Below are positions 25,237 through 37,667 of a DNA stretch of 64,000 bases, one piece after another. The position numbers were made by a program, and so were the translations under genes. Below the pieces are notes generated by a model. That model worked only from the letters and a program-made list of their open reading frames with translations, did no database searches and had not been told where the DNA came from. This DNA comes from Chromera velia (lineage: Eukaryota). How positions within the stretch are numbered: position 1 is the first letter of the stretch; every line of letters starts with the position of its first letter. Where the stretch lies: the NCBI GenBank assembly GCA_018398765.1, contig JAHBMJ010000201.1, forward strand, positions 1 through 64,000. Reading direction: 5' to 3'.

Positions 25237-26106
25237 TCATGAAAGTCCTGAATCTTCCAAGAGGCCCTCAGGGTCCCTGCTCCTTCGTGTTCTCAGCATG
25301 GGGGGAACAGCCATGCCGTCTCCCCTGCAGTTCACACACAGAACCTCACGTGTCCCCCTACACGTTGGGCAATCCACCTTTGTCACCTTCCCCGTCTCCT
25401 TCTCCAGAATTCTCAACACACCCGTGTCCCCACAACTTCCACACGCCAACGAACCACTCCCCCGGCAGTACGCGCATGTCTCCCGAGACTTCACCTTCTG
25501 CATCTTCAGCCAAATTGCTGTCAGAGACCCCCCCACACCCACAGACCCTCCCACCCAGGCAGCAGAGGCCCCGACTCTCCTGATATCCTCAGGCACTTGA
25601 GGGTTCACAACCTTCAAGAACGCAAGGATCGCATCCATCACATCCTCCCTCGACATGGACTTCGGCAGTGTCATGAACCCCAGAGTCAGGGGGGCATTGC
25701 CGTCTCCTTCTCCGAAGTCCATGGAGACCGGGACAATCCCATCAACCGACACGTCTCCCACTGTCTCCAGCCCTTCAGTTGAGATGCCGCTGTCTGAAAC
25801 GGCTGCTACCAGGGCGTCCGCGGCGTCTGCAGCTGCGACCACGAGGGAGGAGACGCCACTGCGGAGGTGCTCGACAACCGCTGGGTCATTCAGGTGGGTG
25901 AGGAAGGAACCATCCGTCGGGAGCAGACCTATCCTTGTGTGCGATGGTACTTGCAAGCTTCTTGATGTTCTGACACCCCCGGACCGCACAAACCCCAGCA
26001 GATCTGAGTGCTTGCTTCTGCGTCCATCTGCTAGAGAACACAGGAGACAGAAGAGCGTACAGACAAGGAAGATTGCGGTCATGATGCTTCTTGGATAAGT
26101 TCCCAT
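25237..26106 (-). CDS. Plastid-targeted DnaJ-type zinc-finger protein, ORANGE-like
   Basis: Intronless 289 aa; signal peptide plus S/R-rich transit region; TM WVGGSVGVGGSL; four CxxC motifs CAYCRGSG, CGSCGDTG, CPTCRGT, CVNCRGDGMA. Confidence 0.8.
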   Translation of the reverse strand: MGTYPRSIMTAIFLVCTLFCLLCSLADGRRSKHSDLLGFVRSGGVRTSRSLQVPSHTRIGLLPTDGSFLTHLNDPAVVEHLRSGVSSLVVAAADAADALVAAVSDSGISTEGLETVGDVSVDGIVPVSMDFGEGDGNAPLTLGFMTLPKSMSREDVMDAILAFLKVVNPQVPEDIRRVGASAAWVGGSVGVGGSLTAIWLKMQKVKSRETCAYCRGSGSLACGSCGDTGVLRILEKETGKVTKVDCPTCRGTREVLCVNCRGDGMAVPPMLRTRRSRDPEGLLEDSGLS

Positions 26107-26498
26107 CGACTACAGATCGACCTACAGAAGAGGGTCGGGAAAGCAACGACTCAGAGATGAGCCTCCATGTTCCTACCAACCAGCTGCCCGCTTGGTTTGG
26201 CTGCATATAGGCAGCTCCCCCATGTCCCCTTCACATCGCACATGCACAACGGAAGTTGACGCACGCGCGCATATAATGAAAAGCAAAAAAAATTTAAGGA
26301 GCCGGCCGCGCGCGACGCGGTCGAAAAGGTTGCATGCATATATAGAAGAAATCGCGCGAAAATGAATTAATGCAGTCTATACGTTGCATTAGGTAATCCA
26401 ACTAATGAAGAGTCAAATATATAGGATTTTATAGAAAAAATTCAAAAACTAATATTTTTTAAAATAATTTCTTTCTTTCATTCTTTTCGAACATGTTA

Positions 26499-27560
26499 TT
26501 ATTGGATGCAGAAGCATTTGTGTCCTTTTGCTAGCTCGCCACACCAACATTGCTTCTTCTTCCTTCCAGGCTTCTTCTTGGGCGCTGCAAGTTTCTCCAC
26601 ACACTCGGTACTGTATGGAGCATAGCATCTGACGTGAAACTCTCGACACTCAGGGTGGCGATGCCTGGGCCTCCCAGCTGCAACTTGCTCTTTTGAAGCA
26701 GGAACAGAAAGAAGATTCTCTCTATCAACTGTACAAACAGAGCTTCCTCCACATTCATGGAGGGGACCCCAACATCGGAAGCACAACAGGCAAGACTGTG
26801 CCCATAAAAGAGGAAGTCTCTGTGTCCACACCCGTTCTTCACCTTCCATCATGTGGTTTCTCCATCCAGGCCCCACAGCAAGAACTTCCCCCACAGTTTC
26901 CATAGGTAGACTGTCTTCCTGCAATCAATAAGCAAATTAAAAACTAAAATCAAATAGACATTCAATTTCATTCAGAAGAAGAAAATTTGTAAAGAATGCT
27001 AGCTGACCGTAAGATTAGGTCCGCACAAGAAAGAACCTTCCACTGCAGTCTTGTCAAACGGCACGGGATGACGCCCATCTCGCCCCACAATCCATCGATG
27101 AGCAAACATGCTCATCAACCAGTCCGTTTCCACATCAGCAGCTTCATATTTATTCTCTACAATGGCAACTATAAACACCCGAACTGTCCCTGTGCGTGCA
27201 GAAGCAAAGAAGTGAGAAGGCTTCCGGAAGTTGTCACCTGGAGGCACAATGTGCACTGACAGGTGTGGCAATGAAGGAAACCCAAAAACTCTTCCTTTTG
27301 CAACTTCTATTGCCCTTGCCTCCATCGGTGCCTTCTTTGCGCCAGAATATATTTTCACTGTATTCGTCTGAGTCTCATGGATGGTCACATAGTTCACCGT
27401 CCATCCAGCTTTGACCACCTTGTCAGATAAAGTGCTGCTGTGCTGTTGCAAATGAGATTCAATACTCGCAATCGATAAGAAAGAAAATCTGAACTCCTCT
27501 CCCACCCTTTTTTCCTCCGCGAAATGGGCCCATGCCCTTGTTGCCCAGTCAGGAAGCATC
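26499..27560 (-). CDS. Hypothetical protein with Cys/His-rich C-terminus; 5' end unresolved
   Basis: Two long ORFs joined across an AT-rich GT-AG intron (~27010-26920): CGPNLT|EDSLPMETV. Confidence 0.5.
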
Positions 27561-28275
27561 CCTCCGTTCCCGTTTTGTCTTCAGGACAGGCGTCATCAAC
27601 CAAAAAATTGAAATTCTGTTACCATCTTCCTCCCCTCTGACTCTTTTCACACATGCATCAGCTTTCAAAGCATCCAAAACTGCTGTATTTTCATCTCAAT
27701 CATAGCGGGTAATCTTTGCAAAATATAGGGGATCTCAACCCCAGTCTCCAATTTGTAAGACGCCTTCTCTCTAGAAGACGCCATCCTGTCATGCAAGTTA
27801 AACAAGGGAAGAAACAGAAGAGAGCATCTTGGAGACGGTGTCATCTATTGTTGGAGTATTCAGTCAGTCAAAGCTGTTGTATAGCCGTCTACGCGATGCA
27901 TGCATGCGTACATATGCTTGCTGGGCCGCGCCGAGCCGCAGCCCCGTCATTTTGAACTCAATGCGCTCTCATGCAATGACTCTTCATGAGTCGGATTACC
28001 TAATGCATCAATTAAAGGAAGGCGTGCATGCATAACACATGCTTATTACAGGCAGTTCCCTTGTGTCTTTGACAAAAGCGGAAGCTCAAACCCATGCGAC
28101 GTTTGTGCAGGTGAGTTGATAGCTCTTTCGATCGCCGACCAGCACCAGCAACAGTTTTCTTTGTATAAAAGAGACGGAAAAATTCCTAGAACGAGCCGAC
28201 GGCTGCTTCATTATATATATATATATATATATATATGTATAAGTCTCGTGCAATTTTCCAGATTGTGCTTTCATC

Positions 28276-28644
28276 ATGGTCCTTGTCCTCCCTTTTCGTG
28301 CCCTGTACGGGTTTCACAGTTTGCATGAAGCATTCGCAGGGCTAACAAACATCCTCAACCCGGCAGCGTTCGATTCCAAGCCCTCAGTGAAGTGGCAGGG
28401 CTCTCTTGGGTTTGCCCAACTCGCACTGTCGGTGCACACGCTGGTTTTCTTTCCGGACGTCAGCAGTCCAACAGGGGTGAAGGCTTCCCTTGTGGCCTTT
28501 GTGTTTCACTCTGTAGTTTCGGGACGGATGGTTCGAAATCACTTCATTGGGTCCAACAAGATCAAACCAAGCCAATTCTACAGTCACCTGGCCCTGGCGC
28601 TTGCTTTCGCTACGCACACCTTCTTAGCATGGACCTCTCAGTAG
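28276..28644 (+). CDS. Small (122 aa) hypothetical membrane protein with about 4 hydrophobic helices
   Basis: Intronless ATG-to-stop ORF downstream of a GC/TGCATG-rich promoter zone. Confidence 0.65.
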   Translation: MVLVLPFRALYGFHSLHEAFAGLTNILNPAAFDSKPSVKWQGSLGFAQLALSVHTLVFFPDVSSPTGVKASLVAFVFHSVVSGRMVRNHFIGSNKIKPSQFYSHLALALAFATHTFLAWTSQ

Positions 28645-30087
28645 TCGATCAAGCTCGAACCATGCCTGTAGGTGGCAGAGGCGCCCGTACAAGTACAAAA
28701 CTGCTTTGTCTGGAGGGTCTTGAGTACTTGGATGGATCATTTTCTTCTTTTCATATCCACAGCGGCACGTGTCCTGCATGATTCAGCAGACACACAGAGG
28801 AACTCACCCAGAAGAGTCTATATGAGGAAATGACCTGGGTCCGTTAGAAGGAGTGGACGTGTCCTTATTTGGGTGAGTCAACAATTTGAAACACACCCTC
28901 TATGTAGGGAAGGCGGAGCGCATGGCGGAGTCTCCAAGCCATCCGCACATACTTGGTGGAGAGGCGGTCCATATTCCGAATGAAGTTGCTGCATGATGCA
29001 GGAAAACTCATGGTGCGGTCCATATGTGAAAGGACAGCGTTGAAACGTTTGAACCAAAGTACGCACTGGGGCTTGAATGAAGTTTGGTACGACTGTAATA
29101 TCACTGGTTGCCTGTAGCCAGCTCGATATGAAGAGAACACTTCATGCAAAGTTACGTCACGATGAAATGATTTGCATCATCATATCGAAACATCTTTTGT
29201 TTGTTTTTGGTGCTATACTTTTTATTTCATTCTAAGTGGTTTTTCTTGAGCATGATATTTTCATGACGTTAGTCATGACGATGTCAGATCCGCCTTCAAC
29301 AAACTTTTCATAAGAATGTTATTAAAAAATTATTAATTCAAATTAATACATTAATTCTTTCAACATCTTTGTCTGCTATATACTTAATAAATCAATTTAT
29401 GCATCTCAACATTCATTGTACCTAGCATTGTACGAGATTATGATTAATGAATTATATACTAGGAACTTATTAGGAAAATAGAGTAAAATTAAGAAAATGA
29501 ATGTTTTTTCTGCATGATTCACACTTCTGAATGCCAGTTTGTTTTAAAACTGCATGTATCTGATGTCGATTCGTTACTTTAAAAAAAAAAAATAAATGAA
29601 TTTTTCTATTTTATTTATTTAACAAAGATTACTAGTATACAACTAGGTATACAACTAGTTTTCAAAAACTATAATAAAATTTTAGCCTAGATTCCAGCAA
29701 AAACTTTAAATCATTTTTAAATTTCTAGATTAGCTAGGAAACTAGTTAGGAAACTTGATTAAATTAAGTAAGTTCTTAGGTAAGTTATATCAGTCAAAAA
29801 AGATGTTATATTTAGACGTATTTAAAAAAATGATACTAGTTTTTTAAAATTTTTGTTTAATGAATTTGTACGGTAAATTATATCTAGGTTACCAAGTGAA
29901 AGATAGGCATGCAAGGGATGCTTATTTGCCGTTCCTCATTCTTTGACCTGCTTCGGCATGCTTTTGTTCTCTTTGATCCTTTTCGTCATTGCTAGCGTTA
30001 TCGTGAACGCTTTTCAACTCAAAAACGAAAAAAGGTTTGTACTAATCAGTCACATATAGGTTTTATTTTTTCACTATGCATAGATTA

Positions 30088-30592
30088 CACCAATTCTGTA
30101 GTGTTACACAAAGTTAAATGTATAACAATTACCCATGACCCCCCCCTTGTTACAGATAAAAGTGTGTAACAATTAGTGTGCAATAATTATAAATAAATTT
30201 TCTCTTACCCCCATTCACCTCCCCTGCTTTCGCCTCTGCTCTTTTTACCGCTACCTTAAGTGCTCAAAAATTCTCCCTGCCACGTTGTTGACAACACTAT
30301 TGCTCCAAAAGCAGTACCCTCAAACCGTTTTGAAGAAGAAGAAGAAGAAGACGAAGATAAAACCTAGAATTAATTCACACTAAAGTGTATAATAATGCAT
30401 TCTTAAAAGTGATGATTTGAATTAAGGCACACTAAAGTGTGTACTTAATGCATTCCTAAAAGTGATAGTTTAAATTAATGCACACTCAAGCGTGTACTAA
30501 TTCATTCATCAAAATTCCATTAAAATGTGTGACAAAACAATGTGTAACAAAACATTTGAAAAAAGTGATTGTGTAACCCTACAGGATTGGTG
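30088..30592. mobile_element. MITE (non-autonomous DNA transposon, TA target duplication)
   Basis: 24-bp TIR CACCAAT(T/C)CTGTAG(T/G)GTTACACAA with 2 mismatches, flanked by TA at 30086-87 and 30593-94; subterminal TGTAACA repeats; no ORF. Confidence 0.8.
30367..30514. repeat. ~52-53 bp tandem repeat (about 2.8 copies) inside the MITE
   Basis: Units start at 30367, 30419 and 30472, each with a CACACTAAAGTGTG-like hairpin. Confidence 0.8.
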
Positions 30593-31168
30593 TAGCAGAG
30601 ATATTTACCCGCATTTCCATCAGTTAAGTTAGTGGATATAGTTCCTGCAAGGGTAAGCGGAATGTTCAAAGTTTTGCTGAATGACTCATATTTGGTCCGT
30701 TTTGATGACTTCTGAGCCTGAGCTTGTTTGCTCATCGAAACGACCTCTGTCAGTGTCACTCAAAGTTTGTCGAGCCAAAGTTTATTCGTTATCATTCCCG
30801 GTCATGCAGGCCCATGAGTGGAACTGAGTGGTCGCCAGTCCACATTGAACCAGGAAGGCTTTTTCGCTGCGTCCTTTTCATAAAGTGAACGCGTTATTGG
30901 CGTCTTCCCAGGTCCTTTATCAATGAAAGGCGTAGTAGCGACCCGTCCTTTCCCGTTCTGGACACTGTACAACAGTCGATTGATCATTGCATGCCCTTCC
31001 AACAGTCCCGCCTCTCTGATCGGCAACAGTTCTATCGACAATTGTGGAGACGTTAACTTAAGAACCCCTGCTGCCTGTCGCGTCTGGGGGATGACCACCA
31101 ATCGTGTTCTCGTTCCCGTTGGAGAGAGACGGCCTCCGGTCTTCTCGCGGTGAAGGACTGGAGGCTTC

Positions 31169-31425
31169 TTATGCATCTTCAACTTTGTCTTCTTGTAGTG
31201 TGTCGATTTGGAATTCTGGGCTCTTTGTCTCTCGTTCTGCTGTGTGTTGTTGCAATCTCATTGAACCCTCCAGACTGCCTCCTTCCTGTCCGAGCAGTGC
31301 GGTCTCCTCCTGAGGTTCCATTTCTTCCGAGGGCCCCCCCGACTCCCCCCCCGCCGGGGTCTTCCTTGAAGGAGCAGCCCTGGCCCCCGCCCTCCGAGAC
31401 TGCAGGAACGCCCAGGCATTCCCAG

Positions 31426-31463
<38 letters not shown>

Positions 31464-31953
31464 ACCCACACACACACACACACACATTTACATGTGTACA
31501 TACATACATGCATACATCCATGGATAAAAAGACATACGCACAATCAAAGTCTACGAAGACCGATCGAATCTGTTCTTGCGAAAGGCTGCTATTTGTCGAC
31601 CTATCATATTGAGAGAGCTACCACAGACACAAATGGAACACCGGAGCTTCGGGGAAGCGCTTGGTGCATCTGAATGTCCTCCTCTAGAGGATTTTTTCGA
31701 TTGGCCTGCAGGGGAAGAAGAGCAGACCCACCGAAGTGCGTCACCACAAATCCGTACGGGACGCAGAGAAGAACTCCAATAGTCAGATTTTCCTGCACGG
31801 AGTGCATTTCATGAATAAGAACACAGACATTGAAACTAGACACCTATCGAGGAGACGCCATCTGTTGTTGCTGCTTCGACACCTACAGACACACACACAT
31901 ACACACACGCACGCATGTGCACACGTCGCATGTACGCAAACTCAGAGATGAAG

Positions 31954-32048
<95 letters not shown>

Positions 32049-35000
32049 NNNNNNNNNNNNNNNNNNNGGAGGGAGGGAGGGAGGGAGGGAGGGAAAGAGA
32101 GAGGATGAAGTGGAAAGGAACGGACGCCTGTGTGACACAAGAAACAGAACCATCCATCCCAGCACTTCGAGAGCATTCACAGAGGAACGGACCATATCTC
32201 GGACAGATTTGGAGCTGCAATTGTACTGAGCCTCTCCCACTCCCTGCTCGCACAACCAGGTCGCCTGCAGGCAAAACAAATTTCAACTGCTTTGCGCGAC
32301 ACAAGGAAGAGAGCACTCAATGCATAACATTCTACACTTTTTAAATGCCGCTCAAGGTCGAGAAGACCTAAAGAGCAATCCTTCTTCCTTCCATTCTCTC
32401 TTAATGTTTCATCCACTTTCAGGCATTTTCTACAGATCCCTCACTGTCACGCGTTCAAAATTTTGAATACAGGTTGAACGTGGATCACATTTTGGCCTGT
32501 GTGCACCCACCCACTCTGACTGCCAGTGACCTTTGCGCTTCTCCTAAGTCCGCAGAGGAAGACGAGAATCATCAGGCACGCCACCTCACAGGCATGGTCG
32601 AGGACGCGCTTGAAAGGCCTGCATGCAGTCTCGCAGCCACCAAGGGAATCAAGCCAAGTCGGTCTGGCGGAAATTCGGCTAAAGCTATGGAACATTTTGA
32701 AGATGAGAAGAAAAGGGGCGGGAAAGACGAAACGACAAAGCGGATCTTCCCCGTTGGCGCAATCACTTGGCGACACTCAAGACAGAACATCCTCTCAGAG
32801 ATCATTCCGGAGACTCGGCAGCCTCAGAGCGACCTCTCTCGCATGATGCCAGCACCCCCACCTAGCTTATCCATGACTGACGTGCACTGCATATGGAACA
32901 TGAACGTGAAGGACAATCCATGACTGACGTGCACTGCATATGGAACATGAATGTGAAGGACAAAACGCCCAGTGCCAGAGCCGTCTGCCACCCTTGAGCC
33001 ATCACCAGAGATACCACAGCGACGAGAAGCAGTCGTCGTAATAAAAACGTGGCATCCCACCTGCACGCAATCAGATCCCACCAAGTAAATGCAAACACAC
33101 AAAGAAAACAAGGCAAAGCGAATTGCGAGCTACTAAACAAAATTTCACATACAGTCTTTCTCTCACGTCCTGCCGGCCGAGGCCTTGCATGCATTTGCGG
33201 ATCCTCCTAGTGTGCACGCAACATCGCTGGCAGAATACTCAGTCCTAGGTCATCTTTTCTGAGTGGACAAAGAAGGCTCCCTGATCCACTCTTTTCTCCA
33301 CTTGGCGACTGTCACTCAGGCATGCATGTGTGACTAACCAGTTAAAGTCCGGTTTGAAGCAAGACTGCAGCATCTCAAACACCGGACGCAGCAGCGGTTT
33401 GTCCCTCCACTTTTCGCATCTCTTCACAAACAGGAAGAGACCCAAAGGCACCAGGGAGAGAAGGAGAAGCAACGCCAGGTTGGGGTACCACCACATTCTT
33501 GAACATTCACGCACGGGGGCTTCCCACACAACCGAAGCCGACTCATCAGGGAGATTCTTGCACTTGAGGGCCTTGGCCAAGAACAAAATCCAGAGCGGGT
33601 AGAACTCAATCACGAAGAAGGCGAACACGCGAATGTAAACACGGTCAAGAAGAACCAAATGGGTTGCAAACGGTCCCGAGAAGAGGATTGCGACTTCTGA
33701 CCCTGCTGCTGCTCCACCCTCACTGGTACCTTCACTTCTCCCCCCTTCTACGGAACTGTCAGCAGGGAGTCCCGCCTGCCGATCGACCCCCTCCTCTTCT
33801 TGTGTCACTCTGGTCACTCTGTCACCTTCCGCCTGTTCAACTTCAACCTTTTCACCTCCTTCGTCTCTGCTTATATCGCCCCCCTTCCTGCCTTCTTCTG
33901 ACAAACGCGCGGAAGGAAGGAGAAGGGCCGGCCTCAGCGGAACCAAGAGGCCGTGCAGCAGCCACATTGCGAGAAGCACTGCTGGAAAGACAATTGTCTG
34001 CATTCACAGAGGGGAAAGGGTGCATGAGGCAATTAAGTCAGAACCTAGGGGACGCATGCATGTAGGCTCACACTCGCTAGTATACCTGTGTCTTGTCAGG
34101 GAGTTCCGTTCAACTGAAGGACGGCCAGAGGGACACAGTAACTGCAAAATGTCGGTGCCCTGCAGCTGCAAGGTGCGGCAGTCCGCATTCTGCACATACA
34201 GATCGTATCTCCCTTCAGAAAGGCCATTCGTGGCTGAACAGGAAGGTGACTTTCACAATCCAGATGCTAGCCAAAGACTGACCTTCCACAGTGGAAAGAA
34301 GAGAAGACCCAAACTGGAGAATCCCTTTCCGGTGCAGAGCATGAAGGGCTCCTGCCACGGCTCCACCTGCATGCAAACACGAAGAGAAAAGAAAAAATGA
34401 ATATCAAAGACCGGCTAAACAAAACTCGGCAATCAAGAAAAATGTCACGAAAGAAAAGGTTCAGACTGACACACCGGAGCAAGTTGGCGGTGGTTGCAAC
34501 GTAATTGTGTTAGCATGCAGCTAGGGCAATTTTGGCTTGCATGCAGGCTTGTCCCAACAACAACGCCGCACTGGACTACCACTCTGTCGTGTCATATCAG
34601 CAACAAGTCGTCACGTGCACTTGAATTTCCTTTTCTCAAATACCACAGACTGTCCATGAGTATTTACTGCAAAAAGGAGTGCATCTTTTCAAAAAGCCGG
34701 CATTTCCATCCATCGACTGACACTTGCAGAAGAAGCCCCGCCGCCTCCAAAGCCCTCAAAGCCAAAGAGAAGGCCGAGACCCGCCGCTGTACTCTTAGCA
34801 AAGGTCGCAGCCCCTCCTCCCTGAGGAACCAGACGAAGAATCAAAATTGCGCCGTTGAAGAAGAACAGAGACTTCATGACTCCTTCCTTTGCAGCTCCAG
34901 TGAGAACAAAGAAGAGATTCCTCACGAAGGCAAACAGGAGAAGCCAGAGAGCCCATCTGGAGAGGTCATGTCCCGTCAGGTCGTGATTGCACTTCTCTTC

Positions 35001-37634
35001 GCATTCAAACTTTCCTGCAGGTAAGCAGGCAAGCAGGCAGGCAGACACCAACCAATCAATCAGTCAGAGTAACGACGATATTTTGCACCAGTCAACCTCA
35101 AGATTCGGGCACTTTCTGGTAGCCTCTCACCATGAGCAGATACGCAAATTTTATGCGTAAACCCAATCTGAGTTCTTCCTTGTCGTGCTTTCTGATTCCC
35201 CTCGAGGAATGACGAAGGAGGAAGGAGGAAAAAGGAAGGAGGAAAAAAGAAGGAAGAAGGAGGAGTGAGGAGGCCCCTTAATTCCCTGGACTGACCGAGA
35301 GACCAGGGGAACGTCCGGAAAGCGCTGCTCCCATCACATTCAGCACAAAACCGCCCGGTCATCCGGTCTGCGAGGCAGTCAGCCGGAAGAGGGGGGGAAG
35401 CAGACGCTGGTGTACTGATGTCATTTATTGCACCTCCAAATATTCTATTCTCGCTCAAAGTGCGTCGATGAGTCCATGAGAATTCGGTAAGGAAAACCAG
35501 TTAGACAGCAAAGAGCAAGCTGCTGTTGAAAACATTGAAGTAGGGGACAAGAGAACAGCAACACACAAAATATAGAAACTCACCAGGGCAAACCGAGGCC
35601 GCATTTTCTTTCAACGAAGCACACGCTGCACCCCTCTGCAAAGCCCCGTCAAACTGATACCCCCCTTCTGTTTCCGTAGAGACCTCAGACGTTGCCCGTG
35701 TCGGAGTCTCCAAAAACAAATTCCATTTTGGGTCAAGAGTTCGATTCGGCTTCTCGTCTGCACTCTGCAGTAAAGTTGTGGCTTTTGAACCGCTCTCCCA
35801 GAGGGCGAAACTTGCTCCTGCACTCCCCCGCTCCCTTGCCACGGTTGTTTCTTGAAGCATGTCGCTGCACTGTTTCTCGAGGTCTGTCTCTGGAATGCAG
35901 CTGAGAGGAGGACACGCAGCGCATCTGACGGGGTCCTCAGGAAGAGAGCCGTTGTGGACGCACCAGAAACCGGGGAGGGCAAACACGTGACTTCCCCCCT
36001 GCAACAACGACCAATCAGAGACCAAAGAGAAAGCAGCAGGGGAATGGGGAACGGAGAGTGATCGGAAGGAAAGAAACATTGAAATAAAAGTCTTTCGTGT
36101 AGTCTCTTTCTGGAGTCTCCCCTTTCTGGGTGCGAAACGGATTCGAGCTTCTCTACTTGGAGTAAGAAAAAACCACGTTATAACGGTGTCACGGTCGAGA
36201 ATTTAAACTGCTCACAACCAGAAGCAAGAAAATACAGAAATCAAACACTCAGAAAGGCTGACTGACCAGTCTGCAGCTTGCGCCATTCGGGCACTGCGAG
36301 GAGCACTGGAGATTCTCCCCGCTGTTCTCATGGGCTTCCTCATGCGACCCCAGTTGAGTCACACTTGAGGGGAAAAGCTGCCCAGCGTCTCTTATAGAAT
36401 TTTGCAGAGGCATCTGAACAAGGGCGTCGGAGACGGCGTGCATTCTGTCTGCTTCCTCAGATGGAGTGGATGCCGGCGGCCTGACCCCTCTTTTTTTCTG
36501 AGGGTTTGAGTCCCCCACCCCCGCCTGCTTGTATGGGCCCTGAGAAGAATGCCGCTGAACTGTGGCTGCAAAAAGGGAAGAAGCGTCGACCATCATCGAG
36601 GGACGAGGGTTTCGCACAAAACGGTAGAAGGGTGCAACCATTCTCTTCTACGAAGAAAATCAGCACAAAGGTGTTTTGAACTTAAGCCAACTGAAGAAGC
36701 TGTATGGTAGCAAGCCATGTTCAGGCACTGGTCGGTCCAGCGGCCTCCAATTTTTTCCACCATTCAGACGTAGACAAGACCTTCCTTTCCATTCGGTAGG
36801 ATAACTACATATACGTGAACACCCTGTGCCCTAGCTGACAGACCATGCGGAATTCTGTTGGTGCGCCCCCTCTCAATCATGAAGGAGGGACCCACACAAA
36901 CCTCACAAGAGCTCCGAAACCTGCATAGACAAACAAAAAGATGCATCGTGAAGCGGATCAGGGGATCAATGCGGAAATGCCTCAATGGTGAGCTTGAGAG
37001 TGTACCGGACGGCGGAATAATCTAAAAAGCAAGTGGATTGGTGGGAAAATACCGAGCCAAACGTTTGGAGTGGAAGATGAGCGATGCAGTTTGAACGCAC
37101 GACATTTGAATGAAGAAAAGGAACATGCATGAACACACGAATGGTATCGAAAGACCAAGACACACAGGACAGGGTTTCGTTTTTGATCCATTAAATATGC
37201 ACAACTCACATGATGCTGCCTCCCCCCATTTCTTCCACTGAGTGCTCTGCTACCTGTCCATTCCCACACACGGTCGTCATGCCGTCCAGGTTCAGGTTCC
37301 CCGCATGAGACGCCTGCACGGCAAGAAAGAGACACAACTAAATGAGACAATGGGGCTCACGACTGCTGAAGGAACGAGAAGATAGATAATACCTTTACAA
37401 ACCTAAAGGACTGCTAGCAACTCGCCTCTGAAGAAGAAAACGCTCCTGGAACAAAAAGACTGCATCGTACAAACACAATTTTCTTCCAACCACGCCTCAT
37501 ATCCCAACAAGCGAATCATAAGCCGTAAGCACAGACCCTGCTCCTTGACCAATGGAAACGATCAAAGGCAAACACCAGGAGATCAAAAGATTCGTCCGTG
37601 ACCTCCGCCCCTCCTTCTCATCACACACAAGCAT

Positions 37635-37667
<33 letters not shown>

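Noticed and set aside
28790..29149. Minus-strand 94-aa ORF as a TE remnant
   Set aside because: No identifiable motif
30367..30514. Palindromic tandem repeats as a CRISPR-like array
   Set aside because: Whole units are repeated with no unique spacers, there are no cas genes, and the array lies within a MITE
30802..31182. 126-aa ORF as a continuation of the giant gene
   Set aside because: The phase-consistent last exon stops at 31169 in another frame; probably 3' UTR
32049..32067. N runs here and at 41926-41936
   Set aside because: Assembly gaps inside intronic microsatellites
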